Assembly (NCBI GenBank): GCA_965249275.1
Contig: CBDFLQ010000006.1
Location: 544,001 to 608,000 of the forward strand
DNA length: 64,000 nt
DNA from: Dehalococcoidia bacterium
GTDB lineage: Bacteria; Chloroflexota; Dehalococcoidia; Plut-88900
Direction: 5' to 3'
In this document: one piece after another, positions 30,017-43,505 of the stretch
Layout: every line of letters begins with the position of its first letter
How positions within the stretch are numbered: the first letter of the stretch is position 1
The notes under the pieces: model-generated
Told to the model about the DNA's origin: nothing
The model's input: the letters and a program-made list of their open reading frames with translations, nothing else
The model's database searches: none
Program-made: the position numbers and the translations under genes

Positions 30017-30434
30017 GCTTCGCCTTGTTCGCTGGCTCTGAGACCGGGAGCAGGGAAGGGGAGTCGGGGCGGTTAAACTTGACAGTAAAGGATGCCATTG
30101 CTAAAGTCACAGCGAGACAGACGGTGGTCCAATGGCGGTCGAGAAAGGCACCGGCGCAAGTAATCGGAGTGGTCCTGCAGGGTAAACTTCGCAAATCTAT
30201 CAAATGTCAGGGTCTCGAAGGGCGGGCGGAAAGCGTTTCGCTACCGATCCCGTACGATAGAGACCCGTATACCCCTCCCACCAGCCCGTCTATGACCAAT
30301 TACAAGTCCCACTAAATCCCAGCACTTCCGGCTGCCAGGCATGGCCACCCCGAAACCGGGGACGAATACAACGCCTGGTTCCGGCCCCAATATCCTCTAG
30401 GACAAAGGTTACCGACACCCCACTCGAAAGACCA

Positions 30435-31442
30435 ATGCTTTGGAAGTATGTGGCGTTTCTTATCGCACTGGCCTTCGTCGCTCCCCTGCCTAGAAGAGCG
30501 GGCTATTCTATTGCCCGCATAGTTGCGGACCTGTCCTTCTTGACCTCAAAGCGCGCCAAGAAGAACCTCTCCGAAAACTTGCGCAACGTCCTGGGTCCCG
30601 ATGCCAGTGAAGACCTTGTCAACCACTGCGCCCTGGAAGTGTCCCGCAACATGTCTCGAAACATCTTTGACTTGATCAACATGCCGCGTTTGGACCCTCA
30701 ATCTCTTGAAAAGCCAATTTCTATTAACGGCTGGGAGCACATGGAAGAAGCACTGTCCCGGGGCAAGGGAGTAGTGCTGGCCTCTATCCACATGGGAAAC
30801 ATGGATATGTCGATCCAGGTGATGAGGGCCCGGGGCGTGGATTTGACCATCATCGCCGAGGTCGAGGAACCGAAGCAGCTATACCAGCTGACCCACCGCC
30901 TGAGAGGGTACAATGGCATATCCATCCTCCCGGTGACTTACTCGGGGATCAAGCAGGCCATGAAGAAGCTGCGACAGGGAGAAGTCGTGGCCATAGCCTG
31001 TGACCGAGCAATCCAGGGCAGTGGCGAATACCGGGATTTCTTCGGCAAGAAGGCGTTACTGCCCATCGGAGGCGTTGAAATGGCGTACCGGACCGGCGCC
31101 GCCATATTGCCGGCCTTCACAGTAAGGACCGGGGGAAACAGTTTCTCAATGTATTTCGAGCCACCCATCATTCTCGACCGGCAAGATGGAAAAGCCAAGA
31201 GCATTCAGTCGGGGCTGGAAAAGATCGGAGCTCTCATGGAGCAGTACATTTCCCGGCACCCCGACCAATGGATGGTCTTCGAACCAGTCTGGCATGAGGA
31301 GTCCTTAGCCCCAAGGAAGACCGCCTCCCTCGGCGACGGTCGGAGAGCTGTGAATGGTGTAGCCGCCAGGACATCAGATTCCAACGGACGCCGACCCGGG
31401 ACCGGGGCTTCAATCCCCTCTGGCCCACCCTCAAAACATTGA
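30435..31442 (+). CDS. Lysophospholipid acyltransferase (PatA/LpxL-like)
   Basis: H.GN.D, ACDR, FFG, HPDQW motifs. Confidence 0.88.
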   Translation: MLWKYVAFLIALAFVAPLPRRAGYSIARIVADLSFLTSKRAKKNLSENLRNVLGPDASEDLVNHCALEVSRNMSRNIFDLINMPRLDPQSLEKPISINGWEHMEEALSRGKGVVLASIHMGNMDMSIQVMRARGVDLTIIAEVEEPKQLYQLTHRLRGYNGISILPVTYSGIKQAMKKLRQGEVVAIACDRAIQGSGEYRDFFGKKALLPIGGVEMAYRTGAAILPAFTVRTGGNSFSMYFEPPIILDRQDGKAKSIQSGLEKIGALMEQYISRHPDQWMVFEPVWHEESLAPRKTASLGDGRRAVNGVAARTSDSNGRRPGTGASIPSGPPSKH

Positions 31443-32617
31443 ACATAGGATTCGTATCGATATATGACTTTGGATATCCCGGAGGAGTCAACCTCCACGT
31501 CGCTAACCTTGCAGAGCAGTTCTCGAAGGAGGGGCACCGGGTCCGGATAATTGCACCCTGCTCCAAGGATACCGACCAATTTGGCAAGGACAAGCTGATC
31601 CCGCTCGGCTGGTCGATCCCCCTGCACACCGCCGGCACCACTGCCCGGATCGTCCTGTCCATGAGGCTCGCCAACAAGGTCAAGCCGCTCCTCGAACGGG
31701 AGAACTTCGATCTGATCCATTACCATGAACCCCTCTGCCCCACCCTTCCCACCACCATCCTGAGAAACTCCAAGGCTGTTAACGTGGCTACCTTTCATGC
31801 CTTCCACGGCGCCCGCAGGATCGTAGGGGTGTCCTGTGCGGACAGGGCATACACGATCTTCAACGGATACGTCCGGAAGCACTGGCTAAGTCGTCTTCAC
31901 GCGAAGATAGCGGTCTCCCAGGCGGCGCTGGAATTCGTATCGAGACACTTCCCCGGGGACTACACCATCATCCCCAACGGTATAGACCTGGAGAGGTTCC
32001 ACCCCGACGTAAAGCCCATAGAGAAATTCAACGATGGATATGTGAATATCCTGTTCGTCGGGAGGATGGAGAAGCGTAAGGGGCTCAAGTACCTGCTCAA
32101 CGCCTACTCCAAGTTGAAGTGGGACTACCCCAAGATCCGGCTGCTGATAGTCGGGCCGGGGAATATGGACTCCGATTCCGAAAGAATAATGGGCGAGCGA
32201 AGCCTGGAGGACAAGGACGTAAAGGTGATCGGAAACGTGTCCCATGATGAGCTACCCCGTTATTACCGGACCGCCGATATCTACTGCTCACCCGCAACCG
32301 GCAAGGAGAGCTTCGGAATCGTGCTGCTGGAGGGTATGGCCTCCAGGGCGGCGGTAGTAGCTTCAGACATCATCGGCTATGCCGGTGTCATGAGCGACGG
32401 CGTACAGGGCTTCCTGGTGCCGCCGAAAGACGACGCGGCGTTGGCATCGGCGCTAGCCCGACTCATCGAAGACAATGATCTGAGAAAAGCCATGGCTGAC
32501 CGAGGCCTGGCCCACGTGCAGGAGTTCAGCTGGGACAAGGTGTCCACGAGCGTTATGCGTGTCTATCACGAGGCCACGGCCGCGCGCAGGGATGGAGCCC
32601 TGTCGACGTCAAACTAG
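31439..32617 (+). CDS. GT4 glycosyltransferase, PimA-like
   Basis: YDFGYPGGV, HYHEP, GRMEKRKG, ESFGIVLLEGMA. Confidence 0.9.
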   Translation: MNIGFVSIYDFGYPGGVNLHVANLAEQFSKEGHRVRIIAPCSKDTDQFGKDKLIPLGWSIPLHTAGTTARIVLSMRLANKVKPLLERENFDLIHYHEPLCPTLPTTILRNSKAVNVATFHAFHGARRIVGVSCADRAYTIFNGYVRKHWLSRLHAKIAVSQAALEFVSRHFPGDYTIIPNGIDLERFHPDVKPIEKFNDGYVNILFVGRMEKRKGLKYLLNAYSKLKWDYPKIRLLIVGPGNMDSDSERIMGERSLEDKDVKVIGNVSHDELPRYYRTADIYCSPATGKESFGIVLLEGMASRAAVVASDIIGYAGVMSDGVQGFLVPPKDDAALASALARLIEDNDLRKAMADRGLAHVQEFSWDKVSTSVMRVYHEATAARRDGALSTSN

Positions 32618-32674
32618 GCTCATCCGCAACCTTGCCTGCTATAATGCAACGCCACGCGCCCATGAGACTCCGCT

Positions 32675-33313
32675 ATGAAGAATGATAAAGGCCCTTCCGG
32701 CTTCTTCGACACAGCCCGCCTGCGGGACAGGGCAAAAGACTTCCTAACCGAACGGTTCTCGAACCCCACTGCGCGGGTCTTGTCCGGAGTCGGATTTACA
32801 CCGAACAAAGTCACCATAGCCGGAGGGTTAATCGCCGTGGCCGCGGGGGCGGTGGCTGCCAAGGGTCGGCTCCCGGAAGCCGGGGCCCTGGTCCTGGCAG
32901 CCGGGGCCCTGGACCTGGTCGACGGTGCGATGGCGAGGTTGACGGGTAAGCAGTCCAAGTTCGGGGCAGTACTGGATTCCACCTTCGACAGGCTGGGCGA
33001 GGCAGCCGTCCTATTCGGCCTGCTGGCCTTGTACAGCGGCCTCGGGCAGACACCCTACGTGCTGCTAGTATTCGCGGCGATGTTCGGCTCGGTGCTGGTC
33101 AGCTACATAAAGGCCCGGGCCGAGGGTGAGGGGATCGACTGCAGCGTGGGGCTGCTGTCGCGGGGGGAGCGGGTGGTGTTAATGGGCCTGGGGCTGTTGA
33201 TAAATCAGGTCCCCGCCGTGCTCGTGATACTGACCTTCTTTTCGTACGTGACCGCGGCGCAGCGGCTCTGGCGGGTAAAGAGGGCCACGGAAGAGGCGGC
33301 CCAGGACTCCTAG
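32675..33313 (+). CDS. CDP-alcohol phosphatidyltransferase (PI(P) synthase-like)
   Basis: TPNKVT, DLVDGAMAR..G..SKFGAVLDSTFDR, SYIKARAE. Confidence 0.92.
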   Translation: MKNDKGPSGFFDTARLRDRAKDFLTERFSNPTARVLSGVGFTPNKVTIAGGLIAVAAGAVAAKGRLPEAGALVLAAGALDLVDGAMARLTGKQSKFGAVLDSTFDRLGEAAVLFGLLALYSGLGQTPYVLLVFAAMFGSVLVSYIKARAEGEGIDCSVGLLSRGERVVLMGLGLLINQVPAVLVILTFFSYVTAAQRLWRVKRATEEAAQDS

Positions 33314-34420
33314 CTTGCCGTGCCTGACCCGATCATCGCCATGAGATAGGCATCCAGAAGCGGGTCAATGTCTCCTTCCAGAACGGCATCCGGGTTGGTA
33401 GATTCAAAACCCGAGCGATGGTCCTTCACCATCTTGTAAGGGTGCAGAACGTAGGAACGGATCTGGTTTCCCCATCCCGTGTCGACGTGCTCACCCTTTA
33501 GCCTCGCCTGCTCCTCCGCTTTCTTGTTCAGCTCTATCTCCAGCAGCCGGGCGCGGAGCACCTTCATGGCGGCTTCCCGATTCTGAAGCTGGGAGCGTTC
33601 GTTCTGGCAGGTCACCACTATACCCGTGGGCAGGTGGGTAATTCTGACCGCCGTCAGGTTTTTCTGGACGTGCTGACCACCGGCGCCGCTGGCCTTGAAG
33701 AAGTCGGTCTTAATGTCGTCCGGGTCTATGGTTATGTCGATGTCATCATCAGCCTGGGGCAGGACTTCAACCAGGGCGAAGGATGTGTGACGCAGGTGGT
33801 CGGCGTCGAAGGGAGAGAGCCTGACGAGACGGTGGACGCCCCTTTCGGACTTCAGGTAGCCGTATGCCCAGGCGCCGTCTATCTCCAGCGTCACGCTCTT
33901 GATGCCGGCCTCTTCTCCGGGAGAGAGGTCCAGGATGCGAGTCGGGCGGCCCTTAGCGTCACCCCAACGGAGATACATGCGCATAAGGGTCTCCGCCCAG
34001 TCCTGGGACTCGGTGCCACCGGCCCCGGAGTGGATAGCGACCAAGGCAGCATCTCGGTCGTACTTTCCGTTAAGGGCGAGGTTGAATTCAAGGCGCTTGA
34101 GGCGGGAGTGGAGATCAGATATCTCCTCGATGATCTGAGACTCAAGGGACAGGTCTCCCGTCTCGACGGAAAGGTCTATGAGCCCGGCGAGGTTGTCTAC
34201 ACTGCTCTCAAGACCGCTCCAAAGGGTGATCTCTTCATTGAGTCCGGAGAGGCGGCGCATTGTGGACTGGGCGGATCTGGTGTCATTCCACAAGTCGGGT
34301 TTGGACGCCTCTTTCTCCAGCCGCTCTACTTCTAGTTTTTTGCCCTCGATGTCAAAGGCGGTCCAGAAGATATGTGGTCCTGGCTCGGAGCTGTTCTACC
34401 TCTTGTTTTAGTTCTTCCAT
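33310..34420 (-). CDS. prfB: Peptide chain release factor 2, programmed +1 frameshift at CTT TGA C (34351-34357)
   Basis: ATG at 34420 gives MEELKQEV...DRL then CTT-TGA-C; downstream frame has SPF and GGQ motifs. Confidence 0.96.
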
Positions 34421-34483
34421 TTCGTTCTCTTCCGGAGGCCCTCTACCCGAAGGGCGAGGGGAATTTATTGCAATCTAATTTTA

Positions 34484-35173
34484 TCACTGATTTGCTGGTC
34501 CGAACGGCGCTATCCTGCCAGCCGCAGCGAAGTGGGCCCTCCTGGTAGGCTCAGGAATACGGAATTTGCCGACACACCTCAGGACGATGCGCAGGGCAGA
34601 CTCCAAGTCAACCTTGTGCCCTATGGATACGAATATGGGCTTGGTCCCGTCTCGGGTCCTGAGCGCCGCGCCTATGACCTCCTCTCCATCCTTGAGCTCA
34701 GTGTGGGAGCCCTTGGCCCGGCCAGGCTCCTCGAACTTGCCGGTCAGCCTGGACTTCGCGCATCCTATGGTAGGTATGTCGAATAGGAGGCCCAGGTGGC
34801 AGGCAATGCCAAAACGCCTCGGGTGGGCGATCCCTTGGCCATCCACCAGCAGTATGTCGGGGCGAAGGGTAATGCTCTCCAGGACGGGGATCAAGACGGG
34901 TATCTCCCGGAAGGAGAGCAGGCCCGGCACGTAGGGGAAAGTGACCTCCGTCCTCGCGATCCGGCACTCTACCGTCTCCAGAGTCGGATAGCTCAACACC
35001 ACTACAGCCGCCGTGGCCCGTCCATCCATCCCAACCCCTGAGATATCCAGTCCTGCAACGAATCGAGGCTGAAGATCGGTGGGGGTGGTGTTTACTCGGG
35101 AGGCCAAGCGGCGTTGGACGGCTGCGGCCTCGGAGGGAGAGAGGTCCCAGGGATGGATATCTCGGGCTTTCAC
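34484..35173 (-). CDS. nfi: Endonuclease V
   Basis: AGLD, FPYVPGLLSFRE, DGQGIAHPR, GCAKS, IPEPTR. Confidence 0.96.
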   Translation of the reverse strand: MKARDIHPWDLSPSEAAAVQRRLASRVNTTPTDLQPRFVAGLDISGVGMDGRATAAVVVLSYPTLETVECRIARTEVTFPYVPGLLSFREIPVLIPVLESITLRPDILLVDGQGIAHPRRFGIACHLGLLFDIPTIGCAKSRLTGKFEEPGRAKGSHTELKDGEEVIGAALRTRDGTKPIFVSIGHKVDLESALRIVLRCVGKFRIPEPTRRAHFAAAGRIAPFGPANQ

Positions 35174-35353
35174 AGGGGTGATGGTAGCATAGGAAGTGAA
35201 ATCTGAAGTCTTTTTGAGCAACTAGTGGTAACATATGGACACGGTATTGATATATGGCTGTGGGGCGCCGGAGGAAATTGACGCCCCTATAGCCTTGTGT
35301 TATATTCCCGCCACTTTCGGGTACGACGTAAGAGCTAATGAGAGGGAATACAC

Positions 35354-35911
35354 ATAGTCCGAGAATATAAAACCAACGGCAGGATACGAGCACGCGAGAT
35401 CCTGGTGATCGGGTTGGACAACGAGCAGATCGGTGTTATGCCCGTGCCAGAGGCAATCAGGATAGCCCGCGAGAGCGGTGTCGACGTCGTGGAGGTATCC
35501 CCAAGCGCCGATCCCCCGGTCTGCCGCCTGATGGATTACGGAAAATTCCGTTACGAACAGGCGAAAAAAGAGCGGGAAGCCAAGAAGACTCAAAAGTCTT
35601 CCAGCTTGCGGGAAGTCCGCATGAGAACCCGGATCGGTGAAAGCGACATGCAGCGCAAGACCAACAAGATCCGCGAATTTCTGACGGGAGGGGACAAGGT
35701 CAAGGTCTCGGTGCAGTTCAGGGGAAGAGAGATGACGCACCCGGAGATCGGGAACCAGCTCCTTGGCAAAGTTGCGAGGTCGCTCTTGGAAACCGCTCGA
35801 GTCGAGTCTCCACCCATATTGGAACGACGAATGATGAGCATGGTGCTGGTACCAGGGCGCAAGGACGTGCCTCGGGCCACCGCCCCACAAACTACAGATG
35901 CCAAAGCTTAA
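35354..35911 (+). CDS. infC: Translation initiation factor IF-3 (ATA start)
   Basis: GAGGG RBS then in-frame [15 protein letters not shown]; [17 protein letters not shown]. Confidence 0.93.
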   Translation: MVREYKTNGRIRAREILVIGLDNEQIGVMPVPEAIRIARESGVDVVEVSPSADPPVCRLMDYGKFRYEQAKKEREAKKTQKSSSLREVRMRTRIGESDMQRKTNKIREFLTGGDKVKVSVQFRGREMTHPEIGNQLLGKVARSLLETARVESPPILERRMMSMVLVPGRKDVPRATAPQTTDAKA

Positions 35912-36101
35912 AACGCATAAAGGCGCCAAACGGCGCTTCCACATAACAGGTACGGGGAAAATATTGCGCGCCAAAGGTGGGAAGAGTCATCTCCGGCGAA
36001 AGAAGCCCAAACGGGTCAAGCGCCTATATTCCGAGATGCACCCTATTTCCCCCAGCGACGTTCGCAAGATAGCCAAGATGCTGCCTTACGGCCTCCCGTA
36101 G
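35898..36101 (+). CDS. rpmI: 50S ribosomal protein L35
   Basis: [19 protein letters not shown]. Confidence 0.97.
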   Translation: MPKLKTHKGAKRRFHITGTGKILRAKGGKSHLRRKKPKRVKRLYSEMHPISPSDVRKIAKMLPYGLP

Positions 36102-36155
36102 GACCAGCCTCGACGCTCTTCCAGTGCCCATGAAAACCAATTTCGGAGAGTTATA

Positions 36156-36506
36156 TTGCCACGGGTAAAAGGCGGTCCCACAACCCGACGAAGACACAAG
36201 AAAATCCTTAAGCTCACTCGTGGGCAGAGGGCCACCAGTAGCACTTTGTTCCGCAGGGCCAACGAGGCGATGCTGCATGCCCTGAGCTACGCCTACAGGC
36301 ACCGCAGGGAGAAGAAGCGTGACTTCAGGCGACTGTGGATTACTCGGATCAATGCCGCCGCCCGGAGTGAGGGACTCTCCTATAGCGCTTTCATGCACAT
36401 GCTGAAAGAGCGGGACATCCAGCTCGACCGCAAGACTCTGGCGGACATAGCGCTTCGGGACCCGGCGGCATTTTCCAAGCTTGCCGCCGAGGTGCGCGAG
36501 GCCTGA
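36156..36506 (+). CDS. rplT: 50S ribosomal protein L20
   Basis: MPRVK, KKRDFRRLWITRINAA. Confidence 0.97.
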   Translation: MPRVKGGPTTRRRHKKILKLTRGQRATSSTLFRRANEAMLHALSYAYRHRREKKRDFRRLWITRINAAARSEGLSYSAFMHMLKERDIQLDRKTLADIALRDPAAFSKLAAEVREA

Positions 36507-36704
36507 TCCCCGGCCTGTCCGTTCGTACTTCGACTGACCCCACCTGGGCGGCTAACGCACCCCCCAGCCCTCAGTTTTATCTCACCAAGCTCATCACGAG
36601 CGACCCGGCCCCTGCTAGCACCAATATTTCAACAGGCCTAGCATGGGGAAAACCGGCTCTCTTGACGCCCATAAAGGGTCGTTCTAAAATTGGGTCGCCG
36701 CGAG

Positions 36705-36722
36705 GTATGATTTTTTTCACAA
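36705..36722. promoter_or_regulatory. Putative Rex operator upstream of rex
   Basis: GTATGATTTTTTTCACAA, downstream of TTGACG-17-TAAAAT. Confidence 0.6.
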
Positions 36723-36803
36723 TCGCTGCAGTACCCGGTCTGCGCGACCTTTTGCGTAGCCGTTCCCAGACTGTGGTGTAAGAGAGGACTAGGCTGCTCC
36801 GCC

Positions 36804-37442
36804 ATGGATGGCTCTATACCGGATGTAGTGGTGCTGCGGTTACCGCTTTACGTCAGAGCTTTAACTCAACTGCACGATTCCGGCATCGAGGTCGTAAGTT
36901 CTCACGCGCTCGGGGACAAGCTGCAGATAACGCCGGCCCAGATCCGCAAAGACCTGAGCTATTTCGGACGGTTCGGGAAGCAGGGCCGGGGGTACAACGT
37001 CGGCTACCTGCTCCGGGAGCTGAGGACTATCATGGGCCTGGACCAGGAATGGAAGGCGGCATTGGTCGGGTTGGGAAGGCTGGGCCGGGCGATAATCAGC
37101 TACCCCGGTTTTGCCAGGGAGGGCTTCCAGGTCGTGGCAATATTCGACGCTTCTCCCAACGTCGTGGGGACTGAACTGGACGGCATTGGCGTGAGGGATA
37201 TGAGTGACCTGGGGCCCGTGATCCGAGACCTTGGGGTTCACATCGGCATTGTGGCCGTCCCAGAGGAACACGCTCAGAGCGTGGTGGAGCTACTGGTCGA
37301 GAGTGGGATCAAGGGAATCCTGAACTACGCGCCAATCTCACCGCAGGTGCCGGAGGGTGTGTGGGTCCGAAACATCGACCCGGTGTTATCCCTACAGACT
37401 TTGACTTTCCACCTTAAGACGCCCGAAGGGCAGTCTGAATAG
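36804..37442 (+). CDS. rex: Redox-sensing repressor Rex
   Basis: RLPLY.R, QIRKDLSYFG.FGKQG.GY, GLGRLG, ILNYAP. Confidence 0.96.
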   Translation: MDGSIPDVVVLRLPLYVRALTQLHDSGIEVVSSHALGDKLQITPAQIRKDLSYFGRFGKQGRGYNVGYLLRELRTIMGLDQEWKAALVGLGRLGRAIISYPGFAREGFQVVAIFDASPNVVGTELDGIGVRDMSDLGPVIRDLGVHIGIVAVPEEHAQSVVELLVESGIKGILNYAPISPQVPEGVWVRNIDPVLSLQTLTFHLKTPEGQSE

Positions 37443-37477
37443 CCGATCCTGTAGGTCTTGAAACAGCCGGGGACCGG

Positions 37478-37918
37478 CTATGCCTGGGAAGACGGCGCTC
37501 CGCCCCCACCCCGCCTCCGACGCCGTTCCGCTACCTTCACCCTGAGCTGCGACCGCCTGATCGCTGCAAGGGCGACAGCCAAGTCTGCATCCGATGCCCC
37601 GGTCTTTACCTGCTCCTGGGCACGGGCCAACGCTCGTTCCGCACGTTCCACGTCGATCTCATCGGCCCTTTCTGCGGCGTCGGCCAAGACGGTGAGCTTG
37701 TTCTGGAACATCTCCAGGAAACCGCCAGTGACGGCTATGGCTACCTCCTCGCTTCCCTTTTTGATACGCAGTTCGCCGGGCTGAAGAGGGGTCAACAGGG
37801 GTGCGTGGTTGGGCAGTATGCCCAGCTCACCCAGCTGGCCGGGTGCTACCACCATATCTACTTCGTCGGAGTAGACCCGACGCTCAGCGGTGAGTATTTC
37901 GAATTGAAGAGGCGCCAT
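37478..37918 (-). CDS. atpC: ATP synthase epsilon subunit
   Basis: GELGILPNHAPL, GGFLE. Confidence 0.96.
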   Translation of the reverse strand: MAPLQFEILTAERRVYSDEVDMVVAPGQLGELGILPNHAPLLTPLQPGELRIKKGSEEVAIAVTGGFLEMFQNKLTVLADAAERADEIDVERAERALARAQEQVKTGASDADLAVALAAIRRSQLRVKVAERRRRRGGGGAPSSQA

Positions 37919-37933
37919 TTAGGTTCTCGCCTT

Positions 37934-39343
<1,410 letters not shown>

Positions 39344-39358
39344 TCATTATCATTTCGA

Positions 39359-39586
39359 TTAAGACCTGTGGGAGTAGTGCTTCTTGCCGTCAAATATTCT
39401 GGTGATCACCGATCCCGAGGATTCCAACGATTGCAACGCTTTTTGAAAGTCGATGTCCTTCAGGTCCATCAATCCCCCGGTCTTCCGACCCCTGACCCTC
39501 GTGGCCAAGGAGCGGGGATCGAAGGCCTGGGTCTGATTGTCGGCCAGATAGCCTGTTATTTCTTTTAGCCAACGCTGAACGCTCAT
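39359..39586 (-). CDS. Small hypothetical protein (winged-helix-like) inside the atp operon
   Basis: Fills the atpG-atpD gap on the same strand; ALQSLESSGSVITRIFDGKKHY resembles a helix plus wing. Confidence 0.6.
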   Translation of the reverse strand: MSVQRWLKEITGYLADNQTQAFDPRSLATRVRGRKTGGLMDLKDIDFQKALQSLESSGSVITRIFDGKKHYSHRS

Positions 39587-39601
39587 AAGGGGTCGCTGGG
39601 G

Positions 39602-40465
39602 TTATCCTCCCAGGGCCACGACGCCGCCGGTTATGTCCAGAAGCTCGTTGGTGATCATCTCCTGTCGGACCTTGTTATATATCAGGGTCAGGTCCTGAAT
39701 CATATCGTCCGCGTTGTCCGTTGCACTGCGCATCGCCACCATGCGGGCCGACTGCTCACTGGCTATGGACTCCAGTACGGCGTGGTAGACCTGCATCTCC
39801 ACGAAGCGAGGCAGGAGCTCGCTGAGGGCGGTAGCGCTGTCGGGTTCGTAAATATAGCCCGCCTGCTTCATTCCCTCTATCTTGGCGGGTTCCACCGGGA
39901 GGATCTGTCTCAAAACGGGGGTCTGGTTGGTGGTGGTAACAAACCGGCTGTACGCCAGGTAGACCATATCCACGCTTGCGTCGGAATACTCTTCGATGAT
40001 AATCCGGGCGATGGGCAGGATATCTTCGACACCCGGCCTGTCCCCCAAGTCCGAGAATACAGCCTTAATCTCCCGTCCGAAGCGGCCCATGAAGTCGCGG
40101 CCTTTCTTACCGACGGTGACCAGGGACACGGCAGCGCCGGCGGAGCCAAGGATGAAGCTGCTGGTTGACCTGTTCACGTTGGCATTCAGGCCGCCGCAGA
40201 GTCCCCTGTCAGGGGTGATGTGGACTACGGAAATCCGGTCGCCGTCCCGCTTCTGGAGCAGAGGGTGGACGACGTAATCCTCGGTGGGTTGAGAGGCGAG
40301 GTGGCTGAGGATTTCGGCCATTTTCTCGGCGTAGGGCCTGGCAGCGAGGACCCGGTCCTGAGCGCGCTTCATCTTGGAAGCCGCTACCATCTCCATAGCC
40401 TTGGTTATCTTGGCAGTGTTTTCGACACTGCTGATTCTTCTTCGGATTTCCCTGGTGCTTGGCAA
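39602..40465 (-). CDS. atpG: ATP synthase gamma subunit
   Basis: KITKAMEMVAASK, DRGLCG, SEQSARMVAM. Confidence 0.98.
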   Translation of the reverse strand: MPSTREIRRRISSVENTAKITKAMEMVAASKMKRAQDRVLAARPYAEKMAEILSHLASQPTEDYVVHPLLQKRDGDRISVVHITPDRGLCGGLNANVNRSTSSFILGSAGAAVSLVTVGKKGRDFMGRFGREIKAVFSDLGDRPGVEDILPIARIIIEEYSDASVDMVYLAYSRFVTTTNQTPVLRQILPVEPAKIEGMKQAGYIYEPDSATALSELLPRFVEMQVYHAVLESIASEQSARMVAMRSATDNADDMIQDLTLIYNKVRQEMITNELLDITGGVVALGG

Positions 40466-40484
40466 AGCTGCTTCTCGTGCCGGA

Positions 40485-41993
<1,509 letters not shown>

Positions 41994-42053
41994 CGCGCCT
42001 CACCTCTAACCAGTTTCTTTCTATTTTAGATCTTGCGCGTCCGCTCCCGACCT

Positions 42054-42593
42054 CTACACCCGCCGCTCGGCAAGGGCGCTTCGCATTGCCGAGAGCTTAG
42101 TCTTGGTGCTGCCGTCTATCAGACTGTCCCCGATCTTGATGACGATACCGCCCACGATATCCGGGTCCACCCGCGACGTCAGCTTTATCTGCCTTCCGGT
42201 AGCTTCCGTCATCTGGTCCGCTATCCGTTTTTCTGCCTCGGCGTCCAGGGCAACGGCGGTGGTAACCTCTGCATTCCCGACTCCCCGATAGTCGTCCACA
42301 AGTTCCCGATACTCCGCGGCGATGCCTTCCGCCAGTGCGACCCGGCCCTTGGATACCAGAAGGCTGACCAGATTCCGGGGGAGGGGATCAAGCCCCGCCA
42401 ACCGTTGAGCGGCCAACTCCTGCTTCTGGTCGGGCCTGACTTTCGGGCTTTCCAGCACCCTGCGGAGGTCCGGGTCGCCAAAAGCGGAAGCGAGCTCGGC
42501 CAGGTCCTCCTGCCACTTGTCCAGGCTGTCCTGGTCCCGGGCAATCTGGAAGACAGCCTGGGCATGCCTTCGTGCCGAAGAGCCTGCAGCCAT
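42054..42593 (-). CDS. atpH: ATP synthase delta subunit
   Basis: ARRHAQA, VDPDIVGG, IDGS. Confidence 0.95.
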   Translation of the reverse strand: MAAGSSARRHAQAVFQIARDQDSLDKWQEDLAELASAFGDPDLRRVLESPKVRPDQKQELAAQRLAGLDPLPRNLVSLLVSKGRVALAEGIAAEYRELVDDYRGVGNAEVTTAVALDAEAEKRIADQMTEATGRQIKLTSRVDPDIVGGIVIKIGDSLIDGSTKTKLSAMRSALAERRV

Positions 42594-42596
42594 GTG

Positions 42597-43103
42597 CTAG
42601 CTCCCGTCCTTTCGGGAGGAAACGCTTTCCTCAAGAACGTCGTCGATCAGCTTGCGGTGGCGATCTTCGTCCAACTCGGAGTTGATGACCTTCTCCGCCG
42701 CCGAAATGGCGAGTCCGGCGAATTCGCTGCGGACTTTCTCGACGGCATCGTCACGCTCACGAGCGATCTCGCTCCTGGCCCGCACGATCATTGCCTCGCC
42801 TTCCTTCTTAGCGTCCTCGCGAGCATCCAGTTTCAGACGCTCCCCCATCTCGGACGCCTGGCCTATGAGGCGCTGACCTTCTTGTCGGGCCTCACCCAAG
42901 GTCTTGCGGACCTCTTCTTCGCTGCGGGCGGACTGGGCCTTGGCGGCCTCAGCAGCCTCCAGGTTTTCCTTTATCCTGGAAGACCGGTTTTCCAGCAGCC
43001 TAAGTATGGGTTTGTAGAGGACCAGGCGCAGGATTATCAGCACCAGGGCGACATTGATGATCTGCACCAGAAGCCCCGGCAGGTTGATTCCCAGCTCTCC
43101 CAA
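42597..43103 (-). CDS. atpF: ATP synthase subunit b
   Basis: N-terminal TM, YKPI, coiled coil. Confidence 0.95.
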   Translation of the reverse strand: MGELGINLPGLLVQIINVALVLIILRLVLYKPILRLLENRSSRIKENLEAAEAAKAQSARSEEEVRKTLGEARQEGQRLIGQASEMGERLKLDAREDAKKEGEAMIVRARSEIARERDDAVEKVRSEFAGLAISAAEKVINSELDEDRHRKLIDDVLEESVSSRKDGS

Positions 43104-43140
43104 TGGCCTCTCCTTTCGGAAGTTAGTACGTGTGCGCCGC

Positions 43141-43434
<294 letters not shown>

Positions 43435-43505
43435 CTACCGATCTTTTACCGTGTGAGTCGTCAGAAGCCGTCGTCAGTACAGAGAGCGTTCCTTGAGATT
43501 CTCCG

